A stretch of DNA of 64,000 bases from Anaerolineales bacterium. GTDB lineage: Bacteria > Chloroflexota > Anaerolineae > Anaerolineales > Anaerolineaceae. A program made the translations under genes and the position numbers. The notes below the pieces were generated by a model. It was given only the letters and a program-made list of their open reading frames with translations, was not told the DNA's origin and ran no database searches. Numbering within the stretch: position 1 is the first letter of the stretch; each line of letters starts with the position of its first letter. Below, in pieces: positions 8,396-18,513 of this stretch. The DNA is taken from the NCBI GenBank assembly GCA_038206515.1, contig JBBRAT010000001.1, forward strand, positions 40,089-104,088, read 5' to 3'.

Positions 8396-9739
8396 ATGCA
8401 ACAAAAAGATCATCCGTTTGTCAGAAACGCCATGAAGAACAAAGACATCTTACGCAGAGCGCGGAAACGCATTGGTTGGTTGATGCCTGGGTTGAGGGTC
8501 AAGCGATGGGTTTTTGTGCTTTTAATGGGAACAACGCTGATTGGGGTGGGTTTTGCTATCCTGTTGCTGGATGTTTACCGCACTTCTGCGCCTTCCCTCT
8601 GGCTGACGCTGCTTTCCATTTTATCGCTTAACTTCATGGCGCGTCCATTACGCGCGCTGCTTTTTGGCGGGCTAGGGGTTGCCCTCACCTGGTATGGTAT
8701 TTGGGGGTTAAACCGATCCTTGCTGACGCCCTTTATGCAGCCGGGACGGAATGTGTTGGATACGGTGTCCACCTTTCGTAAGCGTGAACGCGGTCCGCGG
8801 ATTGTGGTCATTGGCGGCGGCACAGGGCTTTCTACCTTATTACGCGGGCTGAAGGCGCATAGTCACAACATTACCGCGATTGTTTCCGTGGCGGATGATG
8901 GCGGCTCGTCTGGCGAGTTGCGCCGCAGCATCGGCATTTTGCCCCCGGGTGATATTCGCAGCTGCCTGACGGCTCTGGCGGATGATGAAACCCTGATGGG
9001 GCAGATTTTTCAATATCGCTTTGCGGAGGGGAATGGTCTTGGTGGACATTCCCTGGGAAATCTACTGATTACCGCGTTGACGGAAATCACAGGCAGTTTT
9101 GAAGAAGGGGTGGCGGAATCAGGGCGCGTATTGGCGGTGCATGGGCGGGTCTTGCCTGCCTCGCTCCATGATGTGCGTTTGGTGGCGGACGTAGAAGTTT
9201 CAGCCACTCAGCATGAAGTGCGGGTGCGCGGGGAAAGCAAAATCCCAGAAGCTGCCGGGCGGATCAGACGAGTATGGCTGGAGCCAGATAACCCGCTGCC
9301 GTATCCGCCCACCATTCAGGCGATTCTTAATGCTGAATTGATTGTGATTGGTCCAGGCAGTTTGTATACCAGCCTGATCCCCAATTTACTCATCCCTGAT
9401 CTGGCGGATGCGCTCCGCTCCACTCGTGCGCTGAAGTTTTATGTTTGCAATGTTGCCACCCAACCCGGCGAGACCGATCATTATCAATGCGGCGACCACG
9501 CCAGCAATCTTGAAAAGCATGCAGGCAAAGGTGTTTTTGACACGATCATTGCCAATAATGTGTGGGAAGGCACGTTGCCGGAAGGGATTCAGTTTGTGAC
9601 CATTGAGCCGCAGTTGGAAGAAAGATATAGCATTTATGCAACCGATTTACTTGACAAAGATCGCATCTGGCGGCATGATTCAAATAAGCTAGCGCAGGTC
9701 ATCATGGATCTGTTTTATGAGCGTACCGGACCCCTATAG
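8396..9739 (+). CDS. YvcK/UPF0052-family protein (gluconeogenesis factor, CofD-like fold) with an N-terminal transmembrane extension.
   Basis: VVIGGGTGLSTLLRGLK ... AIVSVADDGGSSGELRR motifs characteristic of the YvcK/CofD family. Two N-terminal transmembrane helices. Confidence 0.85.
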   Translation: MQQKDHPFVRNAMKNKDILRRARKRIGWLMPGLRVKRWVFVLLMGTTLIGVGFAILLLDVYRTSAPSLWLTLLSILSLNFMARPLRALLFGGLGVALTWYGIWGLNRSLLTPFMQPGRNVLDTVSTFRKRERGPRIVVIGGGTGLSTLLRGLKAHSHNITAIVSVADDGGSSGELRRSIGILPPGDIRSCLTALADDETLMGQIFQYRFAEGNGLGGHSLGNLLITALTEITGSFEEGVAESGRVLAVHGRVLPASLHDVRLVADVEVSATQHEVRVRGESKIPEAAGRIRRVWLEPDNPLPYPPTIQAILNAELIVIGPGSLYTSLIPNLLIPDLADALRSTRALKFYVCNVATQPGETDHYQCGDHASNLEKHAGKGVFDTIIANNVWEGTLPEGIQFVTIEPQLEERYSIYATDLLDKDRIWRHDSNKLAQVIMDLFYERTGPL

Positions 9740-9822
9740 CGGATTTACTCCGGTCTACTAGGCTGTCAATCCATGCGTTGCATGGTAAAATAAATATATC
9801 ACATTCAGGAGGATAGGTTCTA

Positions 9823-10881
9823 ATGACAACGAAGATTGGTATCAATGGTTTTGGTCGTATTGGCCGTCAGGTTCTTAAAGCCATTATCGAGCGCTACCCG
9901 AACGAACTCGAAGTAGTCGCCATCAATGACTTGTTCGACAGCAAAACCAATGCGCACCTGCTGAAATATGATTCAAACTACGGCATCTTCCCCGGCACGG
10001 TCGAAGTAGATGCAGCTGGCACCGATTTAATCGTAAATGGCAAGACGATCAAAGTCTTTGCTGAAAAAGACCCGGGCAATTTACCCTGGCGCGATTTGGG
10101 TGTAGAAATTGTAATCGAATCGACCGGCATCTTCACGGATGCGAAGGGCGAGCCGGCGAAGGGCAAAGCGGGCGCGAACGTTCATATTGAAAAGGGCGGC
10201 GCCAAGAAGGTCATCATCACTGCCCCAGCCAAGAATGAAGACCTCACCCTGGTTTTGGGCGTCAATGATGCCATGTATGACCCCGCCAAGCATAACGTGG
10301 TCTCGAACGCATCCTGCACCACCAACTGCCTAGCTCCTGCCGCCAAGATCGTCAACGACAACTTCAAAATCGTGTCTGCGGTCATGACCACCATCCACTC
10401 TTACACCAATGACCAGGTTATTCTGGATCAGGGTCACAAGAAGGAACTGCGCCGCTCTCGCGCGGCGGGTCAGAATATCATCCCCACCAGCACCGGCGCT
10501 GCCAAGGCGGTTGCCCTGGTCATCCCCGAGCTGAAGGGCAAGTTTGACGGCTATTCTCTGCGCGTTCCCACCCCCACCGTCTCGGTCGTTGATTTCTCCG
10601 CCATTATCGAGAAACCCACCACCAAGGAAGAACTGAACAAGGTCTTCACCGATGCGGCAAACGGCGCGCTCAAGGGTATTTTGGGCGTCACCACCGGCGA
10701 ATACAACCAGCCGCTGGTTTCGATGGACTTCAAGGGCGACCCGCGCTCCTCGATTGTTGACCTGTCTTATAGCATGGTCATGGGCGGCACGCTCATCAAG
10801 GTCGTCACCTGGTACGATAACGAATGGGGTTATTCTTGCCGCACCGCTGACCTGGCGGCGAAGATGGCAAAGTCCCTCTAA
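9823..10881 (+). CDS. gap: Glyceraldehyde-3-phosphate dehydrogenase, type I.
   Basis: [13 protein letters not shown]-binding motif, catalytic [13 protein letters not shown]-terminal [19 protein letters not shown]. Confidence 0.95.
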   Translation: MTTKIGINGFGRIGRQVLKAIIERYPNELEVVAINDLFDSKTNAHLLKYDSNYGIFPGTVEVDAAGTDLIVNGKTIKVFAEKDPGNLPWRDLGVEIVIESTGIFTDAKGEPAKGKAGANVHIEKGGAKKVIITAPAKNEDLTLVLGVNDAMYDPAKHNVVSNASCTTNCLAPAAKIVNDNFKIVSAVMTTIHSYTNDQVILDQGHKKELRRSRAAGQNIIPTSTGAAKAVALVIPELKGKFDGYSLRVPTPTVSVVDFSAIIEKPTTKEELNKVFTDAANGALKGILGVTTGEYNQPLVSMDFKGDPRSSIVDLSYSMVMGGTLIKVVTWYDNEWGYSCRTADLAAKMAKSL

Positions 10882-10898
10882 ATCTCTTTTTAACTAGT

Positions 10899-10947
10899 CA
10901 GAGGGATTTGATTTTCGGTGATTTTTGCCCAGAATCAAATCCCTCTG
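10899..10947 (+). other. Intergenic 15-bp stem / 19-nt loop hairpin between gap and pgk (cagagggatttgatt ... aatcaaatccctctg). Possible partial terminator or processing site within a gap-pgk operon.
   Basis: Exact inverted repeat. No strong T-run follows. The pgk RBS GGAGG is just downstream. Confidence 0.4.
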
Positions 10948-10969
10948 CATTGTCCGACCGGAGGCTAGA

Positions 10970-12148
10970 ATGTTCAATAAAAAGACAGTCCGCGACATTG
11001 ATGTGAACGGCAAGCGTGTTCTGGTGCGGGTCGATTTTAACGTGCCGATCAAAGACGGCAAAGTGACCGATGATACGCGCATTCGCGCTGCCCTGCCGAC
11101 CATTGAGTATTTGCTGCAGCACGGCGCGGCGGTCATCCTGTTTTCGCATCTGGGTCGCCCCAAGAATGGTCCAGACCCGAAATATTCGATGAAGCCCGTC
11201 TCGGAATACCTGGCGAATATGGTCAAGGCTCCGGTGAAATTTGCTGAAGAAGCCGCTGGTCCCAAAGCCACCGAAGCCGCCAAAGCACTGAAACCCGGTG
11301 AGATTTTGGTGTTGGAAAATACGCGCTTTTACCCAGGTGAAGAAAAGAATGACCCTGACCTGGCGAAGCAGTTTGCCAGCCTGGCGGATATTTATGTGAT
11401 GGATGCTTTTGGCAGCGCGCACCGCGCCCACTCATCCACCGAAGGCGTAACACGATTCCTGCCTGCAGTTGCGGGTTTCCTGATGGAAAAAGAAATTCAG
11501 TACCTGGGTCAGGCAATCACTGACCCGAAACGCCCGTTTGTCGCCATTCTGGGCGGCGCGAAAATCTCCGATAAAATCGGCGTCATTAAAAACCTGCTCA
11601 CCAAAGCGGATTTCATCCTCATTGGCGGCGGCATGGCGAATACCTTCCTCAAGGCGAAGGGCATCGCGATGGCAGACTCGCTGGTGGAAAATGATGTGCT
11701 TGAACTGGCAAAGGAACTGCTGGGCGAGAGTGGCAAGAAGCTCGTCCTGCCGGTAGACCTGACCATTGCGCGCGGCGATCCCACCAACCCCGATGAGGTC
11801 AAAGTGATCCCTGTTGGCAATGTGCCGGAGGGTTGGAAGGCGCTGGATATTGGACCCGAAACGGTCAAAGCGTTCGGCAAAATCATTCATGAATCCAAGA
11901 CGGTGGTTTGGAATGGACCCATGGGCTATTTTGAAGCCCCGCGCTTTGCCGAAGGCACGTTTGGCGTTGCCAAAGCCTTAGCGGATAGCTCGGCGACCAC
12001 GATTGTGGGCGGCGGTGATTCTGCGGCTGCCATTCAGCAATCTGGCTTGGCGGATAAGATCACCCACATTTCTACAGGCGGTGGTGCATCGTTGGAAATG
12101 TTGGAAGGGATCACCCTGCCGGGTGTTGCCGCTCTGCAAGATAAGTAA
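10970..12148 (+). CDS. pgk: Phosphoglycerate kinase.
   Basis: N-terminal [16 protein letters not shown], and the C-terminal hinge-region [10 protein letters not shown] motif. The start is chosen at MFNKK with RBS GGAGG (the ORF track extends 15 codons upstream). Confidence 0.95.
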   Translation: MFNKKTVRDIDVNGKRVLVRVDFNVPIKDGKVTDDTRIRAALPTIEYLLQHGAAVILFSHLGRPKNGPDPKYSMKPVSEYLANMVKAPVKFAEEAAGPKATEAAKALKPGEILVLENTRFYPGEEKNDPDLAKQFASLADIYVMDAFGSAHRAHSSTEGVTRFLPAVAGFLMEKEIQYLGQAITDPKRPFVAILGGAKISDKIGVIKNLLTKADFILIGGGMANTFLKAKGIAMADSLVENDVLELAKELLGESGKKLVLPVDLTIARGDPTNPDEVKVIPVGNVPEGWKALDIGPETVKAFGKIIHESKTVVWNGPMGYFEAPRFAEGTFGVAKALADSSATTIVGGGDSAAAIQQSGLADKITHISTGGGASLEMLEGITLPGVAALQDK

Positions 12149-12164
12149 TTCATTGATGAACACA

Positions 12165-12219
12165 ACAGAGGGGCATTTTGGCAGCTTCTCACGTCAAAAA
12201 ACGCCCCTCTGTTCTTTTT
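12165..12219 (+). terminator. Rho-independent terminator of pgk (acagaggggc ... gcccctctgt + TTCTTTTT).
   Basis: 10-bp GC-rich stem followed by a T-tract, immediately after the pgk stop codon. Confidence 0.7.
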
Positions 12220-12233
12220 GAATCAGCAGCTGG

Positions 12234-12288
12234 CTGGGATTCTGGTAGATGAAAATTGTGGCGCAATTTTCATCTACCAGAATCCCAG
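12234..12288. repeat. Perfect 25-bp stem / 5-nt loop hairpin (ctgggattctggtagatgaaaattg tggcg caattttcatctaccagaatcccag) with no T-tract.
   Basis: Exact reverse-complement arms. Located between the pgk terminator and the rpsT promoter. The six-frame ORFs that overlap it are artefacts of the symmetry. Confidence 0.5.
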
Positions 12289-12300
12289 AGAAAAGCTCCC

Positions 12301-12329
12301 TAGACAAAACAGGGTCTATCGAGTACAAT
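12301..12329 (+). promoter_or_regulatory. Promoter candidate TAGACA-17-TACAAT for rpsT.
   Basis: Hexamers and spacing read from the sequence, 40 nt upstream of the rpsT TTG start (RBS GGAGG). Confidence 0.35.
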
Positions 12330-12369
12330 CTCAAACCGCACTTGTGAACTATTTTTTGGAGGAACGACT

Positions 12370-12630
12370 TTGGCAAATATTAAGTCTCAAATTAAGCGCA
12401 ACCGACAGAACGAAAAACTGCGCGTTAGCAATCGTGTATTTCGCGGGCGCGCCCGCACCTTTGTGGCTCGCGCTCGCGCCGCCATCACTGGGAATGCCGA
12501 AAACAGCAAAGAAGCGGTCGTCAAAGCGATCAGCGAATTAGATCGCGCTGCGCAAAAGGGCGTCATCCACAAGAACAACGCCGCCCGGCGCAAGAGCCGT
12601 CTGATGAAGCAGCTGGCTGAGCTTCAGTAA
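12370..12630 (+). CDS. rpsT: 30S ribosomal protein S20 (TTG start).
   Basis: MANIKSQIKRNRQNEK... is the canonical S20 N-terminus. Lys/Arg-rich, 86 aa. RBS GGAGG. Confidence 0.9.
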   Translation: MANIKSQIKRNRQNEKLRVSNRVFRGRARTFVARARAAITGNAENSKEAVVKAISELDRAAQKGVIHKNNAARRKSRLMKQLAELQ

Positions 12631-12688
12631 GCATTCCGTTTGTTTATCCAATGCCCAAAGCAATTTGGGCATTTCGGCTATCCTGATT

Positions 12689-12714
12689 GCGGGAGTGATT
12701 CGCTCCCGCTTTTG
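12689..12714 (+). terminator. Rho-independent terminator after rpsT (gcgggagtgattcgctcccgc + TTTT). A second hairpin lies upstream at 12651-12672.
   Basis: GC-rich 8-bp stem plus a T-run. The preceding atgcccaaagcaatttgggcat hairpin is also visible. Confidence 0.7.
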
Positions 12715-12859
12715 CGTTTCACCCTGCAAACTGACGTATTCTTGAGTCTTTGGGAATGAGCGTGGTGTTTGATCAAGGTTGGCGACTCTAACCCCGATCA
12801 AACATTACGCTCATTCGCCATGAACCTAATCCTTTGATATAATCAGGGTAGAGGAAATT

Positions 12860-14635
12860 ATGTTTAGAGCCGAACAACAACAACTCGATGCACAAATCCG
12901 CGCTTATGCCGCTGAACAGGGACTTCCTGAGCCTTCTCTGGCTTGGGGCTGGATTCCGTTCAGTGGGCAATGGGGCATTAGCACTTCTTTCTTTCAGCTT
13001 GCCGCCCAAGAAGCGCGCCTGACTGCCCAAGAAGGCAAGAAGATCAACGTAAACGAGCGCGCTGCTGAGTTGGCGCAAGCGGTGGCGGCGCATTTGGGCG
13101 TCCCCGTTGGCTTTGAACGAGTGGAAGCCAACAAGGCTTATCTCAACCTGTTTTTCTCTACCCCTGAATACGCCCAGCGCGTGGTTGACTCAGTTTTTGA
13201 GCAGGGCAAAGCCTATGGCTGCTCCGAACGCAACCACGAGCAGGTAATGGTGGAATTTTCGCAGCCGAATACGCATAAAGCCTTCCACGTGGGGCATTTG
13301 CGCAGCGCGATTTTAGGCGATGCCCTCTGCCGCATTCTGGAATGCGCCGGATATGACGTAGTACGCGCCAATTATCCAGGCGACATGGGCTTGCACGTGA
13401 TCAAGTGGCTATGGAATTATATGAACTTCCACGCTGGCGAGAAGCCGGTGAAGGATATTACCCATTGGATGGGCGTTATTTACGCCGAAGCCAACCGCCG
13501 CCTGGAAGCCAACCCTGAATTGGAAGCCGAAGTGCGTAAGCTATACATCCGCTGGGATCAGCGCGACCCGGCAGTGGTTGACCTCTGGCAGCGCACCCGG
13601 CAATGGTCACTGGATGGCTTTGACGAGATGTATGCCCGGTTGGACATCCGCTTTGACCGCTACTATTTCAACAGTCAGGCGGAGCAGCCCGGTAAGAAAG
13701 TCGTTGCGGAGCTGATCGAGAAAAAGATCGCCATAGACGAACGTCCAGAGGGCGCGGTGATCGTCAAGCTCGATGAATTGCTGGGATCGAAGGGCGAAAA
13801 GTATCGCGTGTTGGTGGTGCTGCGCTCGGATGGTACGGCATTATATGCCACCGAAGACCTTGCCTTGGCTTCCTTGAAGTTTACCGATTACCCCAACCTG
13901 AAAAAGTCCTATTACGTGGTGGATGTGCGCCAATCGCTGCATTTCCTACAGGTATTTAAGACGCTTGAACTGGCTGGGTATGAACATGCCAAAGATTGCC
14001 AGCATATTCCATATGAACTGGTGAATTTGCCGGGGAATGTGGTCATGGCATCCCGTGAAGGCACGGTGGTCTTGTTGGAAGACTTGCTACGGGAGGCTAC
14101 TCGGCGCGCGATGGAAGTGGTGGAACAGAAAAATCCTGACCTGCCGCTTGAGCAAAAGCAGGCAGTTGCCGAGGCAGTCGGCATTGGGGCAATTAAATAC
14201 CCCATGCTGGCGCGTGAAAACACCAAGATCGTCACCTTTGACTGGGAAACCGCGCTCGACTTTAACGGTCAGGCTGCCCCGTATATCCAATATGCGGCGG
14301 TGCGCGCCAACAGCATCTTGCGCAAGGCGGGGGGAACAATCCCTACGGAGCATTCTTACAATTATCCGCTGACCCAATCCGAGGTGCAGCTGATTGAGTT
14401 GATCTCACGCTTCCCGAAAGAGGTACAGCGTGCGGCGGCAGAAATGCGCCCGCTGTATATTGCCAGTCTGGCGTATGACATGGCAAAATCTTTTAGCGAT
14501 TTTTATAATGAATGTCCCGTTTTACAAGCGGAAGAACCGGTGCGCAGCGGACGCTTGCGCCTGGTCGCCGCAGCTCGTCAAGCGATGGCGAATGCCTTGG
14601 CTTTATTGGGCATCACAACCCCAGAAGCGATGTGA
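12860..14635 (+). CDS. argS: Arginine--tRNA ligase.
   Basis: Class I HIGH motif (PNTHKAFHVGHLRS). ArgRS add-1 N-terminal domain and C-terminal DALR anticodon-binding domain. The KMSKS motif is degenerate, as is typical for ArgRS. Confidence 0.95.
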   Translation: MFRAEQQQLDAQIRAYAAEQGLPEPSLAWGWIPFSGQWGISTSFFQLAAQEARLTAQEGKKINVNERAAELAQAVAAHLGVPVGFERVEANKAYLNLFFSTPEYAQRVVDSVFEQGKAYGCSERNHEQVMVEFSQPNTHKAFHVGHLRSAILGDALCRILECAGYDVVRANYPGDMGLHVIKWLWNYMNFHAGEKPVKDITHWMGVIYAEANRRLEANPELEAEVRKLYIRWDQRDPAVVDLWQRTRQWSLDGFDEMYARLDIRFDRYYFNSQAEQPGKKVVAELIEKKIAIDERPEGAVIVKLDELLGSKGEKYRVLVVLRSDGTALYATEDLALASLKFTDYPNLKKSYYVVDVRQSLHFLQVFKTLELAGYEHAKDCQHIPYELVNLPGNVVMASREGTVVLLEDLLREATRRAMEVVEQKNPDLPLEQKQAVAEAVGIGAIKYPMLARENTKIVTFDWETALDFNGQAAPYIQYAAVRANSILRKAGGTIPTEHSYNYPLTQSEVQLIELISRFPKEVQRAAAEMRPLYIASLAYDMAKSFSDFYNECPVLQAEEPVRSGRLRLVAAARQAMANALALLGITTPEAM

Positions 14636-14697
14636 CCCTTCGGGCGATTACCCGTAGGGCAAATACCTCTTATGAGACAAGGAGCTTAGTTCCATCT

Positions 14698-16020
14698 ATG
14701 ACCCCCATCAAAACCCTAATTATGGGCGCAGCCGGAAGAGACTTCCATAATTTCAACGTTTTCTTCCGTAATAACCCGAATTACAATGTGGTTGCGTTTA
14801 CCGCTACCCAGATTCCCAATATTGACGGGCGCAAATATCCCGCGCAGCTCGCTGGGGAACTCTACCCGGCGGGTATCCCCATTTACCCTGAAAGCGACCT
14901 GGAACGCCTGATTAAGGAGAATCAGATTGACCAGGTGGTCTTTGCTTACAGTGACGTGCCGAATGAATATGTGATGCACCGAGGCTCGGCGGTCATGGCT
15001 GCCGGGGCTGACTTTGTGCTGATGGGCATGCGACACACCCAGATTAAATCCACCAAGCCGGTGGTTTCGGTTTGCGCAGTGCGTACCGGCTCGGGCAAGA
15101 GTCAGACCACCCGGCGCGTCTCGCTGATCCTGCGCGAGATGGGCTACCGCGTGGCTGCTATCCGTCACCCCATGCCGTATGGCGACCTGGTGGCTCAGAA
15201 GGTGCAGCGTTTCGCCACCTATGCCGACCTGGATAAGCACGAATGCACCATCGAAGAGCGCGAAGAGTACGAACCGCATATTGATAACGGCGTGATCGTG
15301 TATGCCGGCGTGGATTACGAAGCCATTTTGCGTCAGGCTGAACAGGAAGTAGATATTGTCCTGTGGGATGGCGGCAACAATGACTTCTCCTTCTACCAGT
15401 CGGACCTGGCAATTGTGGTGGTAGACCCGCACCGCCCCGGTCACGAGCGATCTTATCACCCTGGTGAAACCAACGTGCGCTCGGCGGATGTGTTCGTCAT
15501 CAACAAAGTGGATACCGCTAACCCGGAGAGCGTGATGGCTGTGCGCGAATCCATCAGCGCATTGAACCCGAACGCGGTGATCATTGAGGCTGCCTCGCCT
15601 TTGTTCGTGGATGACCCGGCTGCCATTCGTGGCAAGCGCGTGTTGGTTATCGAAGACGGTCCTACCCTGACGCATGGCGAAATGACCTATGGCGCGGGGT
15701 GGGTGGCTGCGCGCCGCTTTGGTGCAGCTGAAATTGTGGATCCGCGCGCCTTTGCCGTTGGCAGCATTGCCGCGACCTACGCGAAATATCCTAAGACGGG
15801 CGCAATCCTGCCGGCGATGGGCTATGGCGATGAGATGGTGCACGACCTGGAAACCACGATCAATAATTCTGATGTAGACCTGGTGCTTTCAGGCACGCCG
15901 ATTGACCTGACGCGCATTATCAAGGTTAACAAACCCATGCAGCGCGTCCGTTATGAACTGCAAGAGATTGGCAAGCCAGATTTAGAAGATATTCTGAAGG
16001 CAAAGTTCGGCAAGAAGTAA
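14698..16020 (+). CDS. P-loop NTPase-family protein resembling cyclic 2,3-diphosphoglycerate synthetase (cpgS-like). Start taken at MTPIK (RBS AGGAG). The six-frame ORF extends upstream into argS.
   Basis: Walker A-like CAVRTGSGKSQTT in mid-protein. N-terminal LIMGAAGRDFHNFN. Overall architecture recalled from cpgS-like proteins. The family assignment is from memory, not a search. Confidence 0.55.
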   Translation: MTPIKTLIMGAAGRDFHNFNVFFRNNPNYNVVAFTATQIPNIDGRKYPAQLAGELYPAGIPIYPESDLERLIKENQIDQVVFAYSDVPNEYVMHRGSAVMAAGADFVLMGMRHTQIKSTKPVVSVCAVRTGSGKSQTTRRVSLILREMGYRVAAIRHPMPYGDLVAQKVQRFATYADLDKHECTIEEREEYEPHIDNGVIVYAGVDYEAILRQAEQEVDIVLWDGGNNDFSFYQSDLAIVVVDPHRPGHERSYHPGETNVRSADVFVINKVDTANPESVMAVRESISALNPNAVIIEAASPLFVDDPAAIRGKRVLVIEDGPTLTHGEMTYGAGWVAARRFGAAEIVDPRAFAVGSIAATYAKYPKTGAILPAMGYGDEMVHDLETTINNSDVDLVLSGTPIDLTRIIKVNKPMQRVRYELQEIGKPDLEDILKAKFGKK

Positions 16021-16140
16021 GGAAATTTTGCGTCTTTGGTTCATCAGGTGTAATGGGTTAGAGTAAATTCACTCTAACCCACTACACCGCTTTTCCGGGG
16101 GCGCAAAGCTGCCGTTGGAGGGGGACAAGGAAGGGTTGTT

Positions 16141-17403
16141 ATGTTTGTAGATGAAGCAGAAATTTATGTGCGCTCCGGCAAAGGTGGAGATGGCATGGTG
16201 CATTTCCATCGCGAAAAGTACGTCTCTCGGGGTGGCCCTGACGGCGGCGATGGCGGCAAAGGTGGGGATATTTTCTTGGAAGTAACTCCACACCTGAATA
16301 CGCTCTCTAATTTTCGTGAAAAACGGCGATATATTGCCGATGATGGCAACAAAGGTGGTCCAAACAATATGTCTGGGCGGTATGCCAAAGACCTGGTGAT
16401 TGCAGTTCCACCTGGAACGCTGGTATATGATTCGGTTAGTGGCAAGCTGCTCGGCGACCTAGTGGAAAATGGTCAGCGGATGACGATTGCAAAGGGTGGG
16501 CGCGGCGGCAAGGGCAACCAACATTATGCCACGTCCAGCCGTCAGACGCCGCGGATTGCTGAAAAAGGCGAACCGCCGGAAGAACATACCCTGCGCTTGG
16601 AACTTAAGCTTATTGCGGATGTTGGCATTGTGGGCATGCCCAACGCAGGCAAATCCAGCCTGCTGGCGGCTGTCTCCAACGCCAAGCCCAAGATTGCAGA
16701 CTATCCTTTTACCACGTTGGAGCCAAACCTGGGCGTGGTAGACCTCACCCTGGATGATTCGATGATCCTGGCAGATATTCCAGGATTGATCGAAGGGGCG
16801 CATCGGGGCGTGGGGTTGGGGGATGCCTTCCTTCGCCATGTACAGCGCACGCGGGTGCTGATTCACATGCTGGATGGCATGTCTGAAGACCCCATTGCGG
16901 ATTTTTCGCAAATCAACAGCGAATTGGCATTGTTTGACCCTGCCCTGGCGGATAAGCTGCAAGTGGTGGCTTTTAACAAGATTGATATGCCCGAAGCGCA
17001 GGAACGCTGGCCCAAGGTAAAGGCAGAACTGGAACAGCGCGGCTATCAACCGATGGCGATTTCCGCTCTGACGCGGATTGACTTGATGCCCCTGCTCTGG
17101 AAAGCCTTTGAACTGCTCAAAGTCGCTCCTGAGCCTGCGCCTGCGGCTGAAATGCCGGTATACCGTCCCGAGGCAGACCCGCAAGCCTTTACCATTGAAC
17201 GCACTTCGGATGGCGGGTATCGCGTGCGCGGAGCGTCTATTGAGCGCGCTGCTGCCATGACCTATTGGGAATACGAAGAAAACGTGCGCCGCTTCCACAA
17301 GATGATTGAAACCCTGGGCGTGGATAAAGCCTTGCGCCAGGCGGGCATTCAGGAAGGCGACACCGTCTATATCGGCGAATACGAATTGGAATGGCAGGAC
17401 TGA
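16141..17403 (+). CDS. obg: GTPase Obg/CgtA.
   Basis: Obg fold N-terminus (FVDEAEIYVRSGKGGDGMVHFHREK, Gly-rich). G1 GMPNAGKSSLL, G3 DIPG, G4 NKID. C-terminal OCT domain. Confidence 0.95.
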   Translation: MFVDEAEIYVRSGKGGDGMVHFHREKYVSRGGPDGGDGGKGGDIFLEVTPHLNTLSNFREKRRYIADDGNKGGPNNMSGRYAKDLVIAVPPGTLVYDSVSGKLLGDLVENGQRMTIAKGGRGGKGNQHYATSSRQTPRIAEKGEPPEEHTLRLELKLIADVGIVGMPNAGKSSLLAAVSNAKPKIADYPFTTLEPNLGVVDLTLDDSMILADIPGLIEGAHRGVGLGDAFLRHVQRTRVLIHMLDGMSEDPIADFSQINSELALFDPALADKLQVVAFNKIDMPEAQERWPKVKAELEQRGYQPMAISALTRIDLMPLLWKAFELLKVAPEPAPAAEMPVYRPEADPQAFTIERTSDGGYRVRGASIERAAAMTYWEYEENVRRFHKMIETLGVDKALRQAGIQEGDTVYIGEYELEWQD

Positions 17404-17407
17404 ACCT

Positions 17408-18022
17408 GTGCGGATTGGCATTTTTGGCGGTACATTTGACCCCCCTCACCTTGGACATCTGATTCTGGCGGCTGAAGCCTGTGATCAGATGTCCCTGGAT
17501 CGTATTTTGTGGGTGGTGACTCCGGTTCCGCCGCATAAAACCCGTAAACGCCATATCAGCCCGTTAGAGGCGCGCCTGACGATGACCGCCTTGACCGTTG
17601 CGGATGATCCTGCGTTTCAAATCTCGCGGGTGGAACTCGACCGCCCCGGTCCGCATTACACTGCGGATACCTTGCGACTACTGCAAGAGCAGTACCCTGG
17701 CGATGAATTATTTTTCTTGATGGGCGGCGACTCCCTGCATGATTTGCCCGGCTGGGTGCGCCCGCAGGAAATTTTGGCGAGCGTTGCTGGCATTGTGGTC
17801 ATGCGCCGCCCGCAGGACTTCGTAGATTTACCTGCTTTGGAAGGCGCGTTACCTGGAATTGTCGCCAAGGTGCATCTGGTGGATGCTCCATTGCTTGAAA
17901 TTTCCTCTACCAGCATTCGCCAGCGGGTAGCAGAGGGGCGGCACTTCCGCTATTTTCTGCCGGGCGCAGTTTATCAATATATTCAAGAGCAGAAGTTATA
18001 TCAGCCGGATGAAACCCAATAG
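17408..18022 (+). CDS. nadD: Nicotinate-nucleotide adenylyltransferase (GTG start 5 nt after the obg stop).
   Basis: GIFGGTFDPPHLGHL (HxGH nucleotidyltransferase motif). The conserved obg-nadD gene order. Confidence 0.9.
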   Translation: MRIGIFGGTFDPPHLGHLILAAEACDQMSLDRILWVVTPVPPHKTRKRHISPLEARLTMTALTVADDPAFQISRVELDRPGPHYTADTLRLLQEQYPGDELFFLMGGDSLHDLPGWVRPQEILASVAGIVVMRRPQDFVDLPALEGALPGIVAKVHLVDAPLLEISSTSIRQRVAEGRHFRYFLPGAVYQYIQEQKLYQPDETQ

Positions 18023-18072
18023 GGTATAATTTTGGTCTTGATCTATGTTCTATTTATTGGAGGGTAGTACGA

Positions 18073-18504
18073 ATGGCAACATCCCCTACAGACTTGCAGG
18101 GCTTATCTATTCTAGGCGGGCAGGCGCAGCCGAGTAAACATTTGGAGGCTTTCCCCAACCGTTCGGCAGATCGCTTTTACCTGGTGACGCTGGATACGGA
18201 AGAATTTACCTGCCTTTGCCCCAAGACCGGGCAGCCTGACTTTGCCAAAATTCGGGTACAGTATGTGCCTGACCAGAAGGTGGTTGAGTCCAAATCCTAT
18301 AAATTCTACCTCTGGTCGTATCGCAACGAAGGCGCGTTCCACGAACACGTGGTCAACCGGATTATGGATGACCTGGTGGCTGTGCTTGATCCGCATTGGA
18401 TTCGGGTGACAGGCGTGTTTAATGTGCGTGGCGGGGTGGGCATTACCGTGGATGCTGAACGCACCAAAACAGCTGACGCGCGCGCGCAGTGGTCAACGGA
18501 ATAG
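18073..18504 (+). CDS. queF: NADPH-dependent 7-cyano-7-deazaguanine (preQ0) reductase, type I.
   Basis: Catalytic Cys motif CPKTGQPDFA and the QueF motif E(S/L)K(S)YKFYLWSYRN. Confidence 0.9.
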   Translation: MATSPTDLQGLSILGGQAQPSKHLEAFPNRSADRFYLVTLDTEEFTCLCPKTGQPDFAKIRVQYVPDQKVVESKSYKFYLWSYRNEGAFHEHVVNRIMDDLVAVLDPHWIRVTGVFNVRGGVGITVDAERTKTADARAQWSTE

Positions 18505-18513
18505 GGGAAGATC

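Noticed and set aside
10898-11890. Minus-strand ORFs of 125-177 aa within pgk
   Set aside because: Antisense to pgk, which has unmistakable motifs. No features of their own.
12218-12541. 107-aa plus ORF and 12194-12376 minus ORF between pgk and rpsT
   Set aside because: Generated by the perfect 25-bp palindrome (both strands translate to IFIYQNP). The plus ORF also overlaps the well-supported rpsT gene in another frame.
14512-14697. N-terminal extension of the cpgS-like ORF overlapping argS
   Set aside because: Overlaps the argS 3' end in another frame. A good RBS (AGGAG) plus ATG at 14698 gives a sensible N-terminus.
14716-15843. 375-aa minus ORF antisense to the cpgS-like gene
   Set aside because: His/Arg-rich low-complexity translation. 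The sense ORF has a P-loop and an RBS.
16459-17421. 320-aa minus ORF antisense to obg
   Set aside because: Obg on the plus strand is unambiguous.
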